Shown: piece by piece, positions 1 through 64,000 of the stretch | Numbering within the stretch: position 1 is the stretch's first letter | How the letters are laid out: the number at the start of each line of letters is the position of its first letter | Source of the DNA: Malacoraja senta | Lineage: Eukaryota | Reading direction: 5' to 3' | NCBI GenBank assembly: GCA_038087875.1 | Contig: CM075991.1 | Span: forward strand, 1,240,001-1,304,000 | DNA length: 64,000 bases | Position numbers and translations under genes: made by a program | The notes under the pieces: model-generated | What the model saw: the letters and a program-made list of their open reading frames with translations, nothing else | What the model was told of the DNA's origin: nothing | Database searches by the model: none

Positions 1-594
1 GATGTCGCTATCCATACCATTACATACTCTTTCTCCTTAAAAAATTCACTGCCAGTTGCCTAATTTGACACTGACATGGAATGGTGACTGAAGGTTTTCG
101 CTGGAAGACAATTGACTTTGTTTCTTGTGACTTGAATGCTGGATATTTCCACGGCGCAGTCTTATCTCTTATATCTTGTAGATTTTACACTTTAGAGATA
201 CAGTGTGGACATTTTTTTCCCGACCCATCGAGTCTGCGCCGACCAGCGATCACCCTCTGTACACTAACACTATCCTACGCAATAGGGTGAATTTTAACTT
301 TTTTTTTTAACCAAATCCAATTAACCTACAAACCTGTACATCTTTGGAGTGTGGCAGGAAACCGGAGAAAACTCATGTGGCATTCTTTGTTTCTTTGCTG
401 AAAGACTGGATGCAGTAAAAACATGCATGAGATTGCTGTTTGTAATTTTGACAAGTTGAGTAGCATTTAATTGTGAGTTCAGAGTGGTAATATACATTTG
501 TCCAAACCCTTAATCTTAAATACTTTTCTGACACTACCACAGCTGTCCTACCCACCTTACGACTCACTGCTTATTCTCTGCTTTGTCCTGGTAG

Positions 595-61435
<60,841 letters not shown>

Positions 61436-62780
61436 GTGAGTGATTTGATATTATGTACGGAATCAGTCATTTCCAACATTAAGAGATTGGAGTGCAGTAC
61501 CTTTGAGAATGCATCACACTGTATCGTCAGACGAGGCCCGAATCAACACTCTTGCTCTCATGGGCCTCTTCTGTTCATGTTTCTTATCAGTTTAAAACTG
61601 TCTGTACCAGTCCATGGGTTCGAGCAGTGGGGTGGGTTTATAACCCATTTTCACTCATTAGTTTAATTCACTTTTTTGGGGTTGAGATGCTAAACCACCT
61701 CGGGTAAACGTAGATGTCCCAACGTTATTTTGAAGGATAGTGAGTTTTGTTGCCATTTAATACAGCATCAACACAGATTTTGTGCACATCAACTGCTGTT
61801 TGTGCACATACAGAGAATATACAACATAAGACCAGCTGCCTGTCTGCCATTTAGTAAGACTATAGGTGATAGGAGCTTAGTCTTAACTGCATAGTGCCAG
61901 CACTGTATGTTGCTTTGATTGCACTAATAACATGCCTGAATGCTTTAATGGCTCTGCATTTGCAGCTTTCTGACCTAGAGGATTCAAAGATTTACAACCC
62001 TCTTAGAAAAATGGTTTACTGCAGAATACTCATTTAGACATTGATCTTGCCTTAGCACCCCATGCATGACCCTGCCAAGACCATGCCAAAGTGACAAACA
62101 GTTGTAGCAGTATTTCCCTGTGCAGTAGAGGCCTGGATAACCTTGCGTTTCTCCACATTACCCCATCCGCCATTACTTCTCCCAATGGCATCATCTGTCT
62201 ATATCCCTTTGCAGTCAGGCGTCTCAGGATTCACTCCAACTTTTTGTTGTCTTTAGCAAGCTCTGATGCACCCCGGGCCTGTGGTCTGAAACATTAAGTG
62301 TAGGAAAGAACTGCAGATGCTGGTGTATATTGAAGGTGGACACAAAATGCTGGAGTAACAGGCTGCATCTCTGGAGAAAAGGAATGGGTGACGTTTCTGG
62401 TCGAGACCCTTTGTCAAACTGAAACATTAACACCGATAGTTGAAATCCCAGTGCTGGTCCTCGTATACACCAGTGGTTACAGACTGCCAACCTGGCCAGA
62501 CCTGTTTACCACTGCTTTCTTGCAGTTAATGAATCATCTTTCCACACAAATGTATTATTGTCAATATCTTGAACCTTGTGCAACAGCCTCCTGGATGACA
62601 TTTGGTCTTGTGGCTAATGCATTTCCTGTGTAATAGCATTCATTGCATTTGAAGAAACTCATTTGGTGGTGAAGGTAGACAAAAATGCTGGAGAAACTCA
62701 GCCGGTGAGGCAGCATCTATGGAGCGAAGGAATAGGCAACGTTTCGGGTCGAGATCCTTCTTCAGACTCTGAAGAAGGGT

Positions 62781-64000
62781 AAAAGGGCTGGATGGTTTGG
62801 AGTATGTAAAATGTGTGCAGGATAGTTTTTTGCAGCAATACATAGAGGTACCTACTAGAGAAGGGGCAGTGCTGGACCTCCTGTTAGGAAATGAGACAGG
62901 GCAGGTGGCGGAGGTATGCGTCGGGGAGCACTTCGGGTCCAGTGATCACAACACCATTAGTTTCAATATAATTATGGAGAGGGTCAGAACTGGACCTAGG
63001 GTTGAGATTTTTGATTGGAGAAAGGCTAACTTTGAGGAGATGCGAAAGGATTTAAAAGGAGTGAATTGGGACATGTTGTTTTATGGGAAGGATGTAGAAG
63101 AGAAATGGAGGACATTTAAGGGTGAAATTTTAAGAGTACAGAATCTTTATGTCCCTGTTCAATTGAAAGGAAATAGTAAAAATTGGAAAGAGCCATGGTT
63201 TTCAAGGGAAATTGGACACGGTTCAAAAAAAGAGAGAGATCTACAATAATTATAGGCAGCATGGAGTAATGAGGTGCTTGAGGAGTATAAAGAATATAAA
63301 AAGAATATTAAGAAAGAAATTAGAAAAGCTAAAAGAAGATATGAGGTTGCTTTGGCAAGTAAGGTGAAAGTAAATCCAAAGGGTTTCTACAGCTATATTA
63401 ATAACAAAAGGATAACAAGGAATAAAATTGGTCCATTAGAGATTCAGAGTGGACAGCTATCTGCAGAGCCAAAAGAGATGGGGGAGATATTGAACAATTT
63501 CTTTTCTTCGGTATTCACCAAGGAGAAGGATATGGAATTATGTGAGGTAAGGGAAACAAGCAGAGTAACAATGGAAACTATGAGATTCAAAGAAGAGGAG
63601 GTGCGGACACTTTAAAAAAATATGAAAACGGATAAGTCTCCAGGTCCTGACAGGATATTCCCTAGGACATTGAGGGAAGTTAGTGTAGAAATAGCAGGGG
63701 CTATGACAGAAATATTTCAAATGTCATTAGAAACGGGAATAGTGCCGGAGGATTGGCGTACTGCGCATGTTGTTCCGTTGTTTAAAAAGGGTTCTAAGAG
63801 TAAACCTAGCAATTATAGACCTGTTAGTTTGACGTCAGTGGTGGGCAAATTAATGGAAAGGATACTTAAAGATAATATATATAAGCATCTGGATAAGCAG
63901 GGTCTGATTAGGAACAGTCAACATGGATTTGTGCCTGGAAGGTCATGTTTGACTAATCTTCTTGAATTTTTCGAAGAGGTTACTAGGGAGATTGATGAGG
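62781..64000 (+). mobile_element. CR1 LINE of a different subfamily, 5'-truncated, runs off the window
   Basis: PTREGAVLDL, SDH, KSPGPD, NYRPVSLTS and QHGF motifs; frameshifts. Confidence 0.9.

Overview
This window is vertebrate genomic DNA, not prokaryotic. The repeat content (HE1-like V-SINEs, CR1, Penelope) points to a cartilaginous fish such as a skate, ray or shark; that assignment is an inference. It holds 27 internal coding exons (595..61435, + strand, 4042 nt spliced, one continuous frame) of SNRNP200/BRR2, the U5 snRNP helicase; the gene start and end lie outside the window. The introns are packed with mobile elements: a young Gypsy LTR element, a decayed class-I (epsilon-like) endogenous retrovirus with a 2H-phosphoesterase-like domain, a Tc1 transposon, nested and duplicated CR1 LINEs, L2, Rex1/Babar and Penelope fragments, non-autonomous Helitrons and a hAT MITE. 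The most striking signal is non-coding: a 143-bp TSD-flanked retroelement (27775..27917, - strand) whose first 54 nt fold by hand into a compact HDV/CPEB3-like self-cleaving ribozyme. Penelope-derived minimal hammerhead motifs are also scattered through the introns. All family assignments are by eye from remembered motifs; no searches were run.
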